A stretch of DNA of 63,999 nucleotides, the filler included, from Rhabdomonas costata (lineage: Eukaryota), in the NCBI GenBank assembly GCA_019059605.1. It is 21 parts of 21 records of this genome, joined end to end, with 100 filler letters (N's around TTAATTAATTAA, not from the genome) between each part and the next. Parts side by side here need not be neighbours in the genome. Positions count along the whole stretch, not along the records: positions 9,169 to 12,122 come from JAHMHO010001660.1; positions 12,223 to 15,176 come from JAHMHO010001661.1; positions 15,277 to 18,230 come from JAHMHO010001662.1; positions 18,331 to 21,282 come from JAHMHO010001663.1; positions 21,383 to 24,334 come from JAHMHO010001664.1; 16 more parts are not named here. One strand, written 5' to 3'. Shown piece after piece: positions 11,722-23,984 of the stretch (the stretch's first letter is position 1; each line of letters begins with the position of its first letter). The notes under the pieces were generated by a model that worked only from the letters and a program-made list of their open reading frames with translations, did not search any database and had not been told where the DNA came from. The position numbers were made by a program, and so were the translations under genes.

Positions 11722-14700
11722 GTGAGTCTGGTTGTCCAAGGAGGCAGTGCGTTATGCTAGTACACCATATGCCGAGCGCTCAAGCCTGCAGGGAGAAGCT
11801 TGCACAGGATGACACCTTCTTTGGTTTGCTGTAGTAATAGAGACCGATGGTGTTTAGTTCCTGTCGGTTCTTGGTTGTGAATGAATTCCCGTTGTATTTT
11901 TGGCAGACCCGCACGCCAAAGACTGTCACAAACCAACAGTATTTCATTTTGTAGTTGAGACTATCTGAGTGACACCGTTATCAGCGTTACCAGTTTGAAC
12001 TGGGAGCGTTGAATGTTGTGCGATTTTCTGTCTTACTGAGCATTTGGTGATCACGATTTCAGCTCCACTTTGTTCTTGCAAGGCTTCATTTTTTCTGCGC
12101 TGGGTTGGGAGGGGGGCGCTCTNNNNNNNNNNNNNNNNNNNNNNNNNNNNNNNNNNNNNNNNNNNNTTAATTAATTAANNNNNNNNNNNNNNNNNNNNNN
12201 NNNNNNNNNNNNNNNNNNNNNNTAAATGGGTCGACGGACGAACCTTGGTGTATATCCGTATTGTATAAACGGTGCTGCACTCTCGGGGAAGCACTTCTGC
12301 CTATTGAGGGGCGATGTGTGATGCGATGGATTTGCAGCTTTTGAATGGTTTTTGCTGATTTGGGTTTTGTTGAGATTGACGGAACCGAAACCACAAGGGT
12401 TTTTTTTTGTGCTTTTGGCTGATTTTTTTTGGCTGAGTGAATTTACAGGGCGTCTGTTTATCAGGAGAAGGCGACGCACCCGGGGGTTGGTGTTCCAATA
12501 AACTTACAGCCGGAAGCTCGAAAAATGGTACGGGAAGGTTTTCAATTGGAGTCTGTTTAAGTATACATACAAACGAAACGAAACCCAGAAGGTTTTCTGG
12601 GGTATAAAGATAGTGCTGTACCAATTACCAATCTGGAGTAACAACCACTCTCCGTCAAGTTCACTTGCTGTGCACCTCAACACCTCAACCTTCTCGAAAG
12701 ACACATCGGACCTTCGCCCATCAAGTCACTCTGCGCATCCTTCACCGAAGCCTTCTCCAGCGCTCCCCTGTTGTCCCCGTCGAGGACCTGGAGCGGCCTC
12801 AGTTCCAGTGGCGGCTTGGGGGCAAGTATGGGCTCCAGCAGCTGCGGTGAAGCTTGCCCTGTCTCGACGTGGGCCTGGGCTGAGAAGGGTGACACGCCGA
12901 GAACGGCTAGGCCCGTTAAAAGAAGTCCACCGAAAAGGTACATTGCGATAAGGAAACGGTACAGAAAGGAGACCACCTAGAGAGCGGGAATGCGATAGCT
13001 AGGGAGAGGAGGGTTCCCTGCCCAATATGGCAGACTCATAGCGCTGCTGAGGCCAGTGAAACGGAATACCTGAGCACCGCGGAAAAGCAGACAGTCCCTT
13101 TTTCTTATCATTTACACAACCAATCGTCCTTCTGGGAACAAGCAGTTGTTGCGGGAAGGTGGCTTGCAGGATTAGCAGCGCGGCAAACCTAAGAATGGTG
13201 CTACGTTGGGACAGCCCTGCTCAAAAGAGACAGCTTATACTTTCGCTCCAAGTGAGGTTTCCACCAAAACCTCAACGGACCCCATCCGGCCCTCTAGTTC
13301 GGAGAAGTCTGGCTAGCAGAGGCCGCTCTGGGTCACGGCGAACCGTTGTAGACCCCCCAGCTCAAGTGAAGTCCCTGGCGGCCGTAACATGAGCATGCAA
13401 AACACAGAATATGCTTAGCTTCGCTCAAAAGGTAGGAGCTGGCCTCTGGTATTTTTTGGGTGGGGGTGGGGTGGGGAAATGGAGCGTTCAGCAGTTCCAC
13501 AAGGAGCACCCACCCCATGGAGCGTCCCAGCCCAGCCGCTCGTTCCAGCCGCACTGGCGTCCGCATTGTGTAAACCTGTCTCATCTGCCTCCTACAGCCC
13601 AGTAACGATAAGTCCGAAAATCCACAAAAGCCAGGGTGAAGATAAATGTTGAACCCCTGTCAAGGAAAATATTCAATCCCCTTCAAACAAGCACCTGGGA
13701 CCTTCGATCCCTCCACTGCGCCCTGCGGTCGAAAGCATCCTGGAAAGCATCGGCAAACATGCATCGTCCACCAACCCCCTGCAGAAGCTTATTGGCCAAC
13801 TTCGGTCGGAGGGAGTCCAGAGTGCACTAGCATTAACTTCCGCATACTGATATTTGCTACTTCCATTGGACAAGAAACGTCCAGGTCCAAGTCCACTGCT
13901 GAAGGAGCAGAAGGTGCGGTGCCAGTGCGGTCACGCCATCAATCACGAGGGCAGAGCAAACATAAAAACGGGGGAGGGGGCAAACAGCAAAATGGTGAGC
14001 CTGTACCTCGCTGTATACCAGCTGGTGCGGGCATTAACACAAATCTGTCCTCAAGGTGTAGGGATGCCACAGTGAAGCGAAATCAGCACAGAAAAAGAAG
14101 GAAGAATGGTGCAAAACAAAAAAGGAGGTCAGCCTGCATTGCCTGAATCCTGCAGAGGCTACTGCATTGCAGGGAAACGGGGAGGGTACTCTTCACGGAA
14201 TGGAGAATACTACTGAGCTACAGAAGGCACCGAGGCCAAGCGACGGACGTGAAACACGCTCGTGAAGCACATTGTCGGATCACAGTTATAGTAACCACAG
14301 CTTTGGTCTAGAAAGTGTCCACGGAATGCAAGCAGCAGAGCAGCTCAGATTCATCTCACGGACGCGGACTGGGGCGACCTTTGCCAAGGGGATGTCAATC
14401 TCTGGCAACAAACCGCAATTCTTCCCCATGGAAGTAAACCGCGTCCAAAATGAGACAGGGAGAAACAAGCGCAAACAAGGACCAAACTACGCAGTCAGAA
14501 CCTGCTCAGCAATCCCTTGGGTTACGGTTAATTTTCCGACAGAAAGATATAAAAAGCTGTGGGGAAGCCCTCTGAAAACGCACAAACGCACACATGTCAA
14601 ACAAGGAAAGTAAACAAGCACGCATAAAGAGAGAGAGAGAGATCAAGAAAAAGCAGGACCTCTCGCACTGGGAAATGGGAAGGGTTTGTGGGGTTGAGGG

Positions 14701-16191
14701 GATAGTGCTCCTCCCGATAGAGCTGAGAGAGGATGCAAGACCTACAGGCGCACCTAAGCTTCACCCAAAGTTGCAGAAAGAGGTGGCGTCCATGAGCCAC
14801 ACAGATTGTTCTTCAAGGTGCGTTGACAGGGACTTTGGAACGGCAATGCTTTTCTGCAGGACATTCAAGAGCGCGGACGATATGGCAGGAAATGGGCCCC
14901 AAAGCCCAAAATCCGGCATAAGCTATAAACACACATGAAGAGGGCCCATCGCAACACCTACAAAAGAGCACACGCAAAAAAAAACCAACCCGGGACTCCA
15001 CCCCACCCCACCTCCTTGGCTCTCACCACGGTCACCAGGTGTGCCTCTACAGGAAACTCCAGCCCAATGCATTGTCCGAGTGCGAGGCCCATCATACGCC
15101 AATGTTTTAGCCGCGCCATCAAGTGGTCTGGCTTCCCCCACCCCACCTACCCGCTCACGCACGCACACACCACACANNNNNNNNNNNNNNNNNNNNNNNN
15201 NNNNNNNNNNNNNNNNNNNNTTAATTAATTAANNNNNNNNNNNNNNNNNNNNNNNNNNNNNNNNNNNNNNNNNNNNTGTGTGGTTGATGACAGCTGGCAT
15301 GATACCCGCGTCGCCCCGTGCTGGTTTCCTCCAGCCATGTGCAATACGGATGCATTTTGCGCGGTAACGGTGTGGAGTGAATTTATCGCGGCTCTGGACC
15401 CGCTCGCTTCGGTGCGCTGCAGTGCAGCTTCCGTGGCGTGTACATTGTGCACGAGGGAATGTGCTGATTGCTTCGAAAGGATGCACCTTCGGGGAGAGGG
15501 GGCGCAAATCATTGGTACGCCGCCATGCGATGTGCAGCCGCAACCATCTCTCAGATAAGAAGCAACGTCATTCGTTTGCTGTTAGCACACAGAGCACGCA
15601 GTATAGAAATGGAAAGCCAAGCGACGGTCTTCAGCAGCAGAGAACGAAAAACACATGGAAAAAGAATCTTCGAGCATGGATGTGTTGATCTGTTTTGCCA
15701 ATGTGCAGCCTTGACTTGTCCGGATGAACCCAATTGACGACTCGTCGGACAGTTTCCCTCCCTTTTTATTTGCAGTCTTTCGCAATTAAGCATGAACATC
15801 GATGGATGTCACGTTCATCTGTGGTGCATCAGCTTTCGCAAGATATGAAATGCTTGTACCACAATGCTGCGCTGAATCTAACTCGACTCTTGTTCTCTCA
15901 GCAGAGCGGTCTTCTTTCCCATTGTTTGAGCACATACGCTTTGCTTTTTTCGTGGGCCCACATTCTTCTCTCTGTTTTTTCTTTCCGGACGGTTTCACCC
16001 CAGTTTTCCCGCTCACATTTTGTTTCGTGGTAGCCTCGAGATTCCCCCAGGCCTCCAAAGGGCTCCCCCCAAACTCCCTCGAACCACACCTGTCCCTGGG
16101 TGGGTGTGACAGTTTTCTGCGTCTGTGCCGTGAAGCAAGAGGCAGGGCAGAGTCTCCCTACTCCACCGCCCCGTAAGCCAAAGAAAAGCAA

Positions 16192-18135
16192 ATGGCGGGC
16201 TCCCCATTCCTGAACGCCTGCCTGTACGTTGGGGACCTGGCCCCGGATGTCACGGAGGCCCTGCTGATGGAAACCTTCCAGAAGGTCGGACCGGTGCTCT
16301 CCGTGCGAGTGTGCCGCAACGCCTACACCCGGCAGTCGCTGTGCTACGGCTACGTCAACTTTTCTGCTCACAACGATGCCGAAAGGTGTGCGTGCCATGC
16401 ACCCACGCGGGCGCGCCCACCTTTCGTTCTTTTCAGTAGATGCTCATTACGCCCCTCAGTCACATCGACTTTGATTCTGTTGTGAAATGTAATCGTCGCC
16501 CCGGGAAGGGGTGATGCATGTTTATCAGTCCCACCAGTGAATGGTGTTTCTCTGCTCTCGGTTGGATCTTCCATTTGCCTTGGGTGCGAAAATTCTACGC
16601 ACAGGAGAGCGAGTTGGCCTGACTGCCTTGGGGGCCGATTGAATTGATTTTGCCAGCTTGATGACCACACCTATTCGATCCTTCAGACTTTCTTCCCCTC
16701 TGTGTTGCGATTTTCCCAGTCCCTGTCATTCGCCTTCTCCTATACCAAGTCCCCTCCTTAATCTTTGCAGGGCTCTGCAGTCACTTAACCACCAGGTCAT
16801 CCACGGCAAGCCGATGCGTCTGATGTGGTGCCAGAAGGACCCGAGCCAACGGAAGGGCGGCCGAGGTGTGCCGCCTTTACCCCTTCCCCTTGTCGTCTGT
16901 CTCGTTCACTTTGCTGAACATCCTGCGAGGGTTTCAGGGGACGTCCCCACACATGGTTCGTAAGTGCATCTCCGAGAGCACCGCCCGCAGTCGTGCAGAA
17001 ATACCGGACAAAAACCGCGGGGGGGGGGTGCAATTCTAAGTTTACCCTTGTGCATTCAGCATGAGGTGGATGTTGTGGGAGTGTGAGCCTCGTTCTCTTT
17101 CCTCAGGCAACCTGATCATCAAGAACTTGGCGTCCACCATCGACACCAGCGCCTTGCACGACACCTTCTCGCAGTTCGGGAACATCCTGAGCTGCAAGGT
17201 GGAGACGGACTCGAAGGGGGCCTCCCGGGGCTACGGCTTCGTGCACTTCGAGTCCGAGGAGGACGCGAAGATGGCCACAGCGAAGGTCAGTGGAATGCTC
17301 CTGGAGGGGCAGCAGGTCAAGGTCGAGAGCTTCATTCCCAGGGCGGAGAGGTGTGGGTGTGGGTTCGGGTGATGCCGATCTTTGCCTTTGCATTTACGGC
17401 CTGTGCGTGTGCGTGTGCTGTAGATTGGATCGAGGGGACAGGCCGGGGCCTGTGGTGTGCTTGTGTGGCACCTGCTGGCCCCGATTTCCACTGGGGAAGT
17501 GGAAATCTGGTTGGGGTGGGCCAGAGTTGCCTTCAGCCTAACGCCTAATCGAGACCAGCGTGTTTGACCGTGATATGGATTCGAGTCGATTTCGGCCTGA
17601 CAGTATTCGTACCAGTGTTTACTCTTTACACCCAACTCAGTGTGTGTCTGTGTGCTGTACGGTTGTCCCGGATTGAGTCGCTGGCACCGGCAGTGGTAAA
17701 CAGCACTGTTCGCAGTAAAGTTTTGAGTTGTGGTGGAACAGCAGGGGGGCGAGAATAATGAAAGTAACCTGTGAGACACTGAATGGGTGAGTCACTCGCG
17801 TTGTGCACACTGAGAGGTGACAGGCAGACACCACTAGCGCGGGAATACCCTGAAGAAGAGTCTCTCACTCTTTGTGTTGGTGTGCGCTTTGCATTTCAAA
17901 AGGATGTCCGGGTCCTCTGGGTCTGCTTTGCCGTTTCCGTGATGTGTTTTTCCTCTCAGGATAGCTCATAACCGGGCGGAGTTCACCAACGTGGAAGTCA
18001 AGGGGCTGAAGCCTGGGGTCACCGAGGAGGAGCTGAAGGCCCACTTTGAGCAGTTTGGGCCTATCAAGGCGGTGAAGGTGCTGTCTGGTAAGGCCTCGTT
18101 TCCTCTGGCGTTTGTCGACTTCGAGTCCCACGAAG
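16192..18135 (+). CDS. PABP: Polyadenylate-binding protein (RRM1, RRM2, start of RRM3; 3' truncated)
   Basis: Exons 16192-16385, 16771-16865, 17107-17350 and 17960-18135 are all GT-AG and in phase. They encode [32 protein letters not shown]...[12 protein letters not shown] and [13 protein letters not shown]. Confidence 0.95.
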
Positions 18136-19841
18136 GTCTGTGCAACCACCTGACCACATCAAACCGATCTGACGCCCACTAGAAAAAATGCCCTCCGAAG
18201 TTGAACAGTGCGTTACAGCAGCCACCACCCNNNNNNNNNNNNNNNNNNNNNNNNNNNNNNNNNNNNNNNNNNNNTTAATTAATTAANNNNNNNNNNNNNN
18301 NNNNNNNNNNNNNNNNNNNNNNNNNNNNNNGGGGGTTGGGTCATCGACTACCCCCCGGCGGGGAGACCCAAGAGAGCGCTCTCTCTGTGGGGTTGTACCT
18401 GTTGTATCTGTGGGGTACCAGCTGTGAGAGCCGCACAGGGAAGGGGAAGGGGCAAGGGAGAAAAGGAAAGAGGGGCGAGGGAGGGCAGCACCCTCATTCC
18501 CAGAATCCCATTGATGAAATGCACAGGAACGGCACACGACGAGCTGCACACGGGGACAGACAGGGGGGAGGGGGAGGATGAACAGCGAAGGGCGCGAAAA
18601 AAAAAGGAACACAAAGCAAACCAAAAGACAGGCAAAGGCTGTGGGAACGGACGAGGAAGAACGATACACAAACAGAGGAAAAAAGGTCGGGGGCTTGAAT
18701 TTCGTCTCCTCCCATGTAATTCATTGCAAATCATAAGTTACGTTCTCCCCCCACCCAGATCCAACAATGGAATGAGAACTCCTTGTGTCCACTCCACTCA
18801 TACCACCCATCCTTCTGGCTCCAAATGCCTCAACCGGCAGTGTTGCTGCTCCAATGAACGAAGGTTTACCGGGGCATGAAAACAGAGGGAGTGAGGAGCT
18901 AGCTGACGTCCAGACCACCAATCCCCACACACCTCACGCTAGGTGCAGCCTCACGTCCGGTTCACAAAACTCCACGATGACCGGGTCAGACTGAATGGCG
19001 TAGGGTGCCACCGCGGCAGGGAATATACTGAAGTATTGACGTAGTGGCATAACGCCGGTATTGTCATCCGTCCCGGAGCAGTAGGGACGTGGACATGGGT
19101 CTCGGGATATGCCCTAAAAACTCCCCATCCGAAAAAATGGGGGGGGGGGAAGTTGCACGGATCTTATCCACTACTTCCACCCCACCCTATGGTGCTGCCC
19201 CCATCTTCTTCTAGTCCCTTCCTCAACTTCCCCAATTCAGTGTTGGGGGAGCAAGACTGAAAGATACCGCTCTGCAACGGCAATCTCAGAACATCTCGAA
19301 CACCCTAAAAGCTAAACTGAGCGGAAAAATGGTATGGGCAACATCCGAAGTATCTGTTGCATTTGCAAACAAGAAAAACAACGCTGCAACCAGCGAAAGT
19401 GCCAGGCAGTCGACATTCACGGGGACAGGCGGGCCATGCCCGCCTCCCCCCTCCACTCGTCCCATCCATGCACACTAACTCACGACGAAAGCACATGCCC
19501 CTGAGCTCGCATTGGCATGTGGGGCACACGGGGAATCAGGCACAGCACGGGGAGATATTTACAAAAGCTCATTCACAAAATCCATTCACACAAATGGAGA
19601 AAAAAAAGAGAGGCACACACGGCGGCAAGAAATACAGGGGTATGCGATGACTGATGGGAATAACTCACCACATGCTTGCACGATTGAGCACGGCGGGACA
19701 GTTCCACCAGCCATCCGTTGCCTGTACGTCGACCCCAACGCACAGCGCAGTGAAAGACACACACAGGCACAGGGAACGGCCATGCAGGAGAGGGTGCACC
19801 CCACCACCACCGCCACCACAAAAAAAACAAGGGGGTTCGAC

Positions 19842-21282
19842 CTTCATTCGGGAGCTGCTCAGCTTGCTGATGTCCAGCAGGTTGTTGATCAGCACCAGGG
19901 CGTACTGCAGCGCGGACCAGGCCTTCTGCAGGAGGTCACGGCGCTCGTCCTCCTCCAGCCCGCGGCTGTCCAGGACGATCTGCAGCACTGACAGGGCAGT
20001 GGTGAGGGGAGTGCGGATATCGTGGCTGATGCTGGACAGCGAGGAGCTGTCGTCCATGGGCCCGCTGGTGGTGCCCAAGTCGGAGTCCGGGGTGTCCGAG
20101 ACGTCCGGCATCTCCAGCGAGGGGTCATCGGGCTGTGGAAGCATCCACCTGAACAAGGGGGCACCACCAAAATACAGAATAAATGTTTCGTTGAGCAAGG
20201 AGACGATCCCGTGAAGACCGAGGTTCATACCCTGGAAAGGGGTTCAGCCCTCCCGAGCTTTAAGTGCAGCTCTCCCGTGCCGTGCGCTGGTTTGAGGAGC
20301 TTGCGACAAAGAAGAAAAAAAGCGGCACTCAGCCACAAAACTTAACCCCAAGCGAAAGCCACGAACAGGCCTTACTGAGATATCTCCTCTAAGGTAGCAC
20401 TGACCGTCAGCCGCCCATGTTGCGAGAACAATGCCTTGACTGCACACTTGAACCGGGGGACGGTGAGCTTGGGGCGCTGACCACCCATCATGAGCGCATT
20501 ATAACCTGGCAAGTGTTGCCATATTCTGCCGTCATTTTCAGGTGTTGGTTGTGCGGGAGTCGCCTTACTTCAACCCTGCTGACACCATGGCTGGTGCTTC
20601 CTATTCCAGCCCGTACGTGAACCGCCCGGCAGGACGTGGTGCTGACTCCCTAGGTTTCCGCGACCTACCCAGTCGGTCCTCACAAAGACACGGACAAAGA
20701 CGAAGCACGCTCTCACCAGTTCGGCGCTAGTGCATTTTCGGGCCCCTCCCCCCTCAGTAGGATCCACCCCTATCTAGTGCTTTCATGGGCCTCTTCCTGA
20801 GTCTCCAGAGTAGGTAACGTGCATGGGGTGTGGAGGTGTGCGTGCTTTTGAATGGGGTGTGGAGGCGATGCACAGGTCCCCTGGGATTCTTACATAGGAA
20901 TTTGCATGCGGTTAGGAGACGATGCGCATGTCCCCTGGGACTTTTTCCTAGATCCTACGTGCTTTCACTTGACATGCTTGTGCGGGTTACAGCGGGTTGG
21001 GGGGCATAAATGCACTTATGCCACCTTTGTAATGCATTTGTAATGCATTGCAAACCACTACCAAACCTGTCACATACATCCCGCTTCACGACGCGAGCAC
21101 CTGCGCACTTGCACACTACACACCGCAGCACTTTGGAATTCATGGTCAAGGACTTCGCGCTATTGGTCTGCAGACTCTGGTGTGTCAGCCCCGTCCCGGA
21201 GCTGCTCTGGCCCTTCCTCTCGTCGCCCCTCTTCCCCCCTGCCGCACCTGCCCGAGAGGCCGCACCCTTCGGGGAGCCCTGC
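19842..21282 (-). CDS. Histidine kinase HisKA (H-box) domain protein, internal exons
   Basis: Exon 21282-21124 (GTGTG donor, phase 2) joins exon 20148-19842, which encodes LSSISHDIRTPLTTALSVLQIV...LINNLLDISKL. This is a classic HisKA H-box and LLDxSK helix. Confidence 0.85.
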
Positions 21283-21773
21283 NNNNNNNNNNNNNNNNNN
21301 NNNNNNNNNNNNNNNNNNNNNNNNNNTTAATTAATTAANNNNNNNNNNNNNNNNNNNNNNNNNNNNNNNNNNNNNNNNNNNNGGGTGTTTTTTGCGGTCG
21401 CTGTTGGAGTTGTTAGCGTGGTCCTAATGATTCAATAGGAGAAATGCGAATTTCACGAATGTTTTTGTTAGACTTCGTAAAACGATGTGTCGGACCAGGT
21501 TACATCCAGAGCGATAGTGTGGAAGCAAACTCAGAGTAAATGGGATTAAACAGCATTTTGGAAGAAAAAATACGAATTTATGGAGATCCCTGTTTATGGT
21601 AGCGCTGACGAAGGGCAAGTAAGTATTGCCCCCTTTGACACAAACCTGGCACCGAAGCGGATCGGTTGATATCCAAACCGCGTGTATTTCCATTTCACTT
21701 CAGCAAGTAACTCATTGGCGATTGGTTCCATGCAGAAGCTAAGCCCGCAATCCAAAAAAAAATGCAACCACAG

Positions 21774-23984
21774 CTTGCCGGGGTGCTGTTCACTCCCCAA
21801 GAGCCCATCCAGGACGCCTTGGAAAGGGACCGAAGCAGAGGTATGTGGTCACTGCGCGATTTCATCTGCGTGTTTGAGTGGGGGGATGTGCACCATTCAG
21901 ATCAGTCAAATGCTGATCCACCAGATGTGAAATTAACGGTGGTGACGATGGTCTTGGTTTCTGCACTAATCAAATCGTCAACAATGATGATGAATGGAAA
22001 TTTTTCATAGATAAGATTGGATGTTTAAACGCGAGCACCTAAGGTGATTTGTAATGTTTTTCGGACGTTTGCGGCGGATTCTTTGCCATCCGAGCTCTCG
22101 CTTGTTTCCTCGCGAAGTGCATTGCCTTGCTTAAGACCGCACTGCGCTTTGGGATTCTCCTTCCTTTTTTTTTTACGTTTTGGCGCGTCTCCCCGGCATT
22201 TTCCGTCGCAGCCGCTGAGCTGCGCAACCGCGTCGACGAGGTTCCTGAGTCTGGCCGGTGCCCCCTGTTCCTGCAGGAGTTCCGTGTCTTTGACGTCGAC
22301 GGTACGCTTTGAATTTCTGCTGAAAGGCCCATGTCTCCCTTCTCCTCCTCCCTTCTGCGGGACGTTGTGCTTTCGGATTCTTCTGGTATTGTTGGTTTTT
22401 GATGCATTTTCAGACGTTGAGTGATGGTGCCTTCCACTGAGAGTGTGTGTGAGTGTGCTTATGTATGAACATTGTGCAGCTCTTGCCGAATTCTTAGTTA
22501 AGCACGGGCCGTCACCCACACAAACTGCCATGTCTTCTGAGGAAACACTGATTCAGTATTCGCGTAGCCTGCTTGGAATGCATGCGACGCCCTCCGTGAA
22601 TCACAACTCCACACCCATATCTTCGCCAAAGACCGACGATGTGTTTTCATGCATAAAAAGGCTTCCGTTCCTTTCCAGCAAGTGTGGTGTACCCCCGTCT
22701 CTCGCGCTTCGGCCTTGGAAGTCAGAGGGGAGGAGAGTAAGGGTAACCCGTGGTTACAGAAAACTGACTTAAAACCTTCGCTGAATTAACTTGAAACATA
22801 ATTTTGGGGGTGGGGTTTAGGTAAACTTTTCCAGTGCTCCCTACGCTACATTAGTGTTTGCTGCTCAAGATTACTGCTGGCTAAGGACTAGCCTTTTGCT
22901 GGGATATGGTTCGAGGAGTAGAACAGCATCAAGCACCAGGTACCGTTTACGGTCCCGTTACCACCCCTCACCCCCCAACTTCCAGAGCACCAACGCTTCG
23001 GGTTGGTATCTTACCAACAGGAGATGGGTATGTCTCCAAGGCGGACTTGGCTGAAGCCCTACAGAGGCTGGGCATCCACCAGGCCTCCCTGCAGCCCACG
23101 GGGGACATTCGACCTGTGGTAGATCCCCATTCCACTTATACAACAGCTCGGTTGGTCCCAAATCGATCATTTCTGAGAGCTTCTGGAGAGTTTCTGGTGA
23201 CTTGAGCAGCTTGCGACAGCGTGTATACCTAAACAATGCCTCATTCGGATTAAAATTGGACCCCAGAGATCCTCTCCCAGGGTGAAAGAACACCAGGGTC
23301 ACAAGGCCTTGCCGGCTTCCCGGAGGATTCTGTATTTTTTCTGTATTTTTTAGGCAGTTCTGGTGAACGAACCCGTCACAAGCAAAAAGAAAACGCACAC
23401 CAAAATGTGAAAATGTGAATTTTGGGGAAATTTTTTTGGGGGGTCAACAAACCAGCCTTGGTTGGAGTGTTTTGTTTGGATTCGTAGAGGAATTTTTGAC
23501 TGCGTTTTTTGGAGGAAACATCTCGAGAAGTGCATCGCGCTCGCGAGGGATGAGAGTTACTGTGACCGCGGATGGGTTTGGCGCACAGACCGTCGATCAG
23601 TACCTGTCGTGGAGGTACAGTGCTGTCCATGGATCGAGCTTCTGTGAAGATCTGCAGAGCGTGTTCTATATTGCGGTGCGTGACGAAATCAAGAAAGGAG
23701 GGGGAGGGGGGCTGGAAAGCGGGGGGCCCCTGTACTTGTTTGCGTTTTCCTTTCCCTCGTTTTCTCCTTCTTCAATCCCCTACCCCAAAAAAAGAAAAAA
23801 AAGCACAAGGTCACCACATCCGTGAGAAATTGGCCTCCACAAAGCGTGCGCATCGAAAGCAAAGCCCTGCCAGCAATGGAGGGAGGGGTTCTGCTCGCAG
23901 GACAGCAACTACGATGGCCGCGTTACCGCGGAGGACCTTCTGGAGCTGATGAAGACCTGGAGCCCGAGGCCCACGGAACAGGAG
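21774..23984 (+). CDS. EF-hand calcium-binding protein (partial)
   Basis: Exons 21774-21840, 22212-22301, 23021-about 23118 and 23901-23984 give FRVFDVDGDGYVSKADLAEAL and DSNYDGRVTAEDLLELM, two canonical EF loops. The linker exon boundaries are ambiguous. Confidence 0.8.

Noticed and set aside
12677-15146. Scattered minus-strand exon-like segments, including a hydrophobic stretch near 12976-12890
   Set aside because: They could not be joined into a consistent or identifiable gene.
15277-15512. Minus-strand SVLHMAGGNQH, ankyrin-like
   Set aside because: Too short and degenerate to support a call.
18934-18936. TGA just before a GTGTG donor as evidence of stop-codon reassignment
   Set aside because: TGA, TAG and TAA all appear as terminators of modelled genes here (e.g. 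AP3S and MIF TGA, ACS TAG), and no conserved exon has an internal stop.
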